Assembly: GCA_027013145.1 (NCBI GenBank)
Contig: JALUXX010000060.1
Span: 38,499 to 102,498, forward strand
Length of the DNA stretch: 64,000 nucleotides
Source: Gammaproteobacteria bacterium
Lineage (GTDB): Bacteria > Pseudomonadota > Gammaproteobacteria > 21-64-14
Reading direction: 5' to 3'
Below are positions 62,784 to 64,000 of the stretch, one piece after another. The first letter of the stretch is position 1. Each line of letters opens with the position of its first letter. The position numbers were made by a program, and so were the translations under genes. The notes under the pieces were generated by a model. The model was not told the origin of the DNA and did no database searches. It was given only the letters and a program-made list of their open reading frames with translations.

Positions 62784-63173
62784 GTGCGGAGCGATGATCC
62801 ACGACCGGTGGCGCTGAACCTGTTGCGTATCCGCTTTCCGGCTCCCGCGGTGCTCTCGATCCTCCACCGTATCGCGGGCCTGCTGTTATTCCTCGGGGTC
62901 CCGCTCGCCGTCTATCTGATGGAGCTTTCGCTTTCCGGGCCGGCCGGTTTCGCACGCGCGGAGGCGCTGCTCGCCGCGCCGGCACTGCGGTTCGCGGGAT
63001 TGGTGATTCTCTGGGCCTTCAGCCACCACCTCCTGGCCGGGGTGCGTCATCTGCTGCTGGATCTCGATATCGGGATCTCAAAGGCCGCCGCGCATGCCAG
63101 TGCCTGGTTCGTCAACCTCGCCGCAGCCGGGGTCGTCGTGGCGTATCTGGGATACCTCGGAGGGTTGTGGTGA
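62784..63173 (+). CDS. sdhC: Succinate dehydrogenase cytochrome b556 subunit
   Basis: [15 protein letters not shown] and [13 protein letters not shown] motifs. Confidence 0.93.
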   Translation: MRSDDPRPVALNLLRIRFPAPAVLSILHRIAGLLLFLGVPLAVYLMELSLSGPAGFARAEALLAAPALRFAGLVILWAFSHHLLAGVRHLLLDLDIGISKAAAHASAWFVNLAAAGVVVAYLGYLGGLW

Positions 63174-63508
63174 GCGCACGCAACCACGGCCTGCGCGGGT
63201 GGGTCCTGCAGCGGCTCACGGCGCTCTATCTGGCGCTGTTCCTGCTGTATCTGCTCGTGCATCTGTCGGTATCCGCACCTGCGACCGTCGCCGAGTGGCG
63301 CGCTTGGGTCGGGGACCCGCTCGTCAACGGCGCCTGGGCGGTATTCTTCGCCGCGCTCCTGATGCACGCGTGGGTGGGTGTGCGCGACGTGATCCTGGAT
63401 TACGTCCGGCCCGCGGGTCTGCGGCTGATCGTCCTGTTCGCGCTCGGACTGTATCTGCTCGCGCTCGGCTACTGGGCGCTGGTGGTGCTGCTGGCGGTCG
63501 CGCCATGA
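63167..63508 (+). CDS. sdhD: Succinate dehydrogenase membrane anchor
   Basis: WVLQRLTA and [13 protein letters not shown] motifs. Confidence 0.93.
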   Translation: MVSARNHGLRGWVLQRLTALYLALFLLYLLVHLSVSAPATVAEWRAWVGDPLVNGAWAVFFAALLMHAWVGVRDVILDYVRPAGLRLIVLFALGLYLLALGYWALVVLLAVAP

Positions 63509-64000
63509 GTCTCACGCGGCGCAAGTTCGACACCCTCATCATCGGCGCCGGCGGGGCGGGGCTGCGCGCGGCCCTGCAACTGGCGCGCGCCGAAGCGTCG
63601 GTGGCGGTGGTGTCGAAGGTGTTCCCCACGCGCTCGCATACCGTGGCCGCGCAGGGGGGCGTCAACGCCGCCCTCGCCAACGTCGTGGCGGACAACTGGC
63701 ACTTCCACATGTTCGACACGGTCAAGGGCAGCGATTACCTCGGCGACCAGGACGCGGTGGAGTACATGTGCCGCGCGGCGCCGCGGGTTGTATACGAACT
63801 GGAGCACCTGGGCGTGCCGTTCTCGCGCCTGGACGACGGGCGCATCTATCAGCGCCCGTTCGGCGGCCAGAGTCTGGACTACGGCGGCGACCAGGCCGCG
63901 CGCACCTGTGCGGCGGCCGACCGCACCGGGCATGCCATCCTCCACTCGCTGTACCAGCAGAACATCGCCGCGCGCACGCACTTCTTCGACGAATTCTTCG
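63505..64000 (+). CDS. sdhA: Succinate dehydrogenase flavoprotein, 5' part (runs off the right edge)
   Basis: ATGA overlap with sdhD; [35 protein letters not shown] and DRTGHA motifs. Confidence 0.95.
   Translation, partial: MSLTRRKFDTLIIGAGGAGLRAALQLARAEASVAVVSKVFPTRSHTVAAQGGVNAALANVVADNWHFHMFDTVKGSDYLGDQDAVEYMCRAAPRVVYELEHLGVPFSRLDDGRIYQRPFGGQSLDYGGDQAARTCAAADRTGHAILHSLYQQNIAARTHFFDEFF

Overview
High-GC chromosomal window, most likely from a gammaproteobacterium (inferred from surE-pcm-nlpD-rpoS, alaC-hom-thrC, recJ-prfB-lysS and ygfZ/sdhCDA synteny). It has three blocks. (1) About 2.8-26.3 kb is a large hopanoid supercluster: hpnA/I/J/K/N/L, hpnH/B/M with an MlaA lipoprotein, a one-step squalene synthase, shc and hpnG. 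It carries its own MEP genes (dxs, ispG, ispH) and two unexplained terminal genes, a di-iron ferritin-like protein and a beta-lactamase-fold protein whose SxxK serine is Ala. (2) About 26.4-39.2 kb is a copper/thiol-stress island. It holds a bufferin-type MNIO (DUF692) RiPP operon with two tandem precursors, an ECF sigma factor and two zf-HC2 anti-sigmas. Five copies of one ECF promoter motif, GTAAG-N16/17-CGAC, tie distant genes into a single putative regulon: DoxX-MerR-TPR, a Met-rich Tat lipoprotein plus cupredoxin, and a TVP38-flavoprotein fusion. Inside the island is a lower-GC pair of two-domain multicopper proteins with complementary loss of copper ligands, a putative split heteromeric oxidase preceded by a perfect CRP-type box. 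(3) About 39.2-64 kb is mostly housekeeping genes, including prfB with its +1 frameshift. GTAG-type REP doublets occur at about 14.7 and 28.4 kb. No rRNA, tRNA, CRISPR array or transposase was recognised. All calls come from reading the sequence and recalling motifs; no searches were run, and several start codons are best guesses.
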